NCBI GenBank assembly: GCA_019240665.1
Contig: JAFAXZ010000017.1
Span: 1-58,391, forward strand
Direction of reading: 5' to 3'
DNA length: 58,391 nt
From: Pseudonocardiales bacterium
Lineage (GTDB): Bacteria > Actinomycetota > Actinomycetes > Mycobacteriales > Pseudonocardiaceae
Position 1 is the first letter of the stretch. Each line of letters begins with the position of its first letter. Below the pieces are notes generated by a model, which did no database searches, was not told the origin of the DNA, and worked only from the letters and a program-made list of their open reading frames with translations. Shown here piece after piece: positions 57,375 through 58,391 of the stretch. The position numbers were made by a program, and so were the translations under genes.

Positions 57375-58391
57375 CTACTCCGGGGTCGCCGAGTCGACCA
57401 AGGCATCGACGTCGACAGGGTTGCCGGAAGCGTCGGTGACAGTGGCCTGGCGCACCACAGTGACCAGCGCCTTGCCGCGGCGGACGTCGGCGTACATGGC
57501 GCCCAATTCACCCGATTCGTGAGCCTTCAGGGCGTACTCGTTGGGGCTGACGCCGTGCCGATGCGCCTGGTACATGATGCGCTCGCTGAGCTCGCCGTCG
57601 GTGACCGAGAGCTCCTCGGCGTCGGCGATCGCGTCGAGCAAGAGGTTGGCCTTGACCGTCTCCTGCGCACCCTTGCGCAGATCGGTTTCAAACTCTTCCG
57701 CGGTATGGCCCTGCTGCATCAGCCACCGGCCAAGGCGCTGCTCGTCATGCTCGAAGGCGTGCAGAGCGTCGTGCCTTCGTGACTCGAACTCAGCATCGAC
57801 GATCGACTCCGGCAGCGGGACCTCGGTGGTGGCAAGCAGCGCTTTGAGCACTTTGTCTCGGGCCTGAGCGCCCTGCTGCAACGCCTTGACCCGGCCGAGC
57901 CGCGTGCGCAGATCGGCGCGGAGCTCCTCGAGTGTGTCGAATTCGCTGGCGAGCTGAGCAAACTCGTCGTCGGCCGCGGGCAACTCTCGCTCTTTCACCG
58001 TCTGGATCTTCGCCGTCACCTCGGCGGAGCGTCCGGCGTGCTCCCCGGCGGCCAAGACGGTGGTGACAACTCGCTCTTCGCCCTGGGAGGCCCCCACCAG
58101 CGCGTCGTCGATGCCCTCGATGAGCTCGCCAGAGCCGATCTGGTAAGACAGGTCGGTGGTCGCCAGCTCCGCGACCTCTTCGCCGTCGACGGTGGCCGAC
58201 AGGTCGAGCGCAACGAAATCGCCCTGCTGCCCGGGACGCTCGACCGTGATGAGGGTGCCGAAGCGGGAGCGCAGCCCGTCAAGCTGCTCGTCGACCTCGG
58301 CGTCGGTCACCTCGATACCGTCGACGGACACCGCAAGCTCGGTGAACGCCGGCATCTCGATCTCGGGCCGGACGTCGACCTCGGCGGTGAA
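57375..58391 (-). CDS. tig: Trigger factor (partial; the 5' end lies beyond the window)
   Basis: The frame stays open to the window edge (..FTAEVDVRPEIEMPAFTEL..). The PPIase and C-terminal domain layout is upstream of clpP1. Confidence 0.9.
   Translation of the reverse strand, partial: FTAEVDVRPEIEMPAFTELAVSVDGIEVTDAEVDEQLDGLRSRFGTLITVERPGQQGDFVALDLSATVDGEEVAELATTDLSYQIGSGELIEGIDDALVGASQGEERVVTTVLAAGEHAGRSAEVTAKIQTVKERELPAADDEFAQLASEFDTLEELRADLRTRLGRVKALQQGAQARDKVLKALLATTEVPLPESIVDAEFESRRHDALHAFEHDEQRLGRWLMQQGHTAEEFETDLRKGAQETVKANLLLDAIADAEELSVTDGELSERIMYQAHRHGVSPNEYALKAHESGELGAMYADVRRGKALVTVVRQATVTDASGNPVDVDALVDSATPE

Overview
High-GC actinobacterial chromosome segment (G+C judged by eye at about two-thirds, not computed). 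The backbone is conserved housekeeping synteny, mostly on the minus strand: tig-clpP1-clpP2-clpX, folC-DUF4233-ndk, a radical-SAM pair, rne-rplU-rpmA-obg-proB-proA, nadD, rsfS, comEA-comEC, holA, rpsT, lepA and hemW. A complete assimilatory sulfate-reduction operon (sirA-cysX-cysH-cysC-cysD-cysN) lies on the plus strand. Several accessory insertions interrupt the backbone. (1) A phage/ICE-like remnant at the left edge carries an XRE-ImmA/IrrE gene with an unknown partner. (2) A roughly 10 kb island (about 9255-19340) lies directly after cysN. (3) A secreted RNase Sa / barstar cassette. (4) A decayed integrative element sits between rsfS and nadD, with an integrase pseudogene, an IS fragment and a PadR pseudogene. 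(5) A repeat-rich beta-helix-like membrane protein is wedged between nadD and proA. (6) An S8 peptidase splits the radical-SAM pair. The main candidate is the start of island 2. It has four translationally coupled genes: an 842-aa RAMP, an HD-less Cas10-like cyclase with an intact GGDD motif (split over two frames), a Csm3/Cmr4-sized RAMP, and a second RAMP that is 3'-truncated. I found no CRISPR array, cas1, cas2, cas6 or CARF-type effector anywhere in the window. I read this as an orphan, type III-derived RAMP-cyclase module that is partly decayed in this copy. Other notable items are a SAM-I riboswitch controlling a zinc-ribbon ThrC paralogue, and perfect short tandem duplications (15-27 bp), most of them in accessory DNA. 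All calls rest on motif reading of the supplied translations and sequence; no database searches were run.
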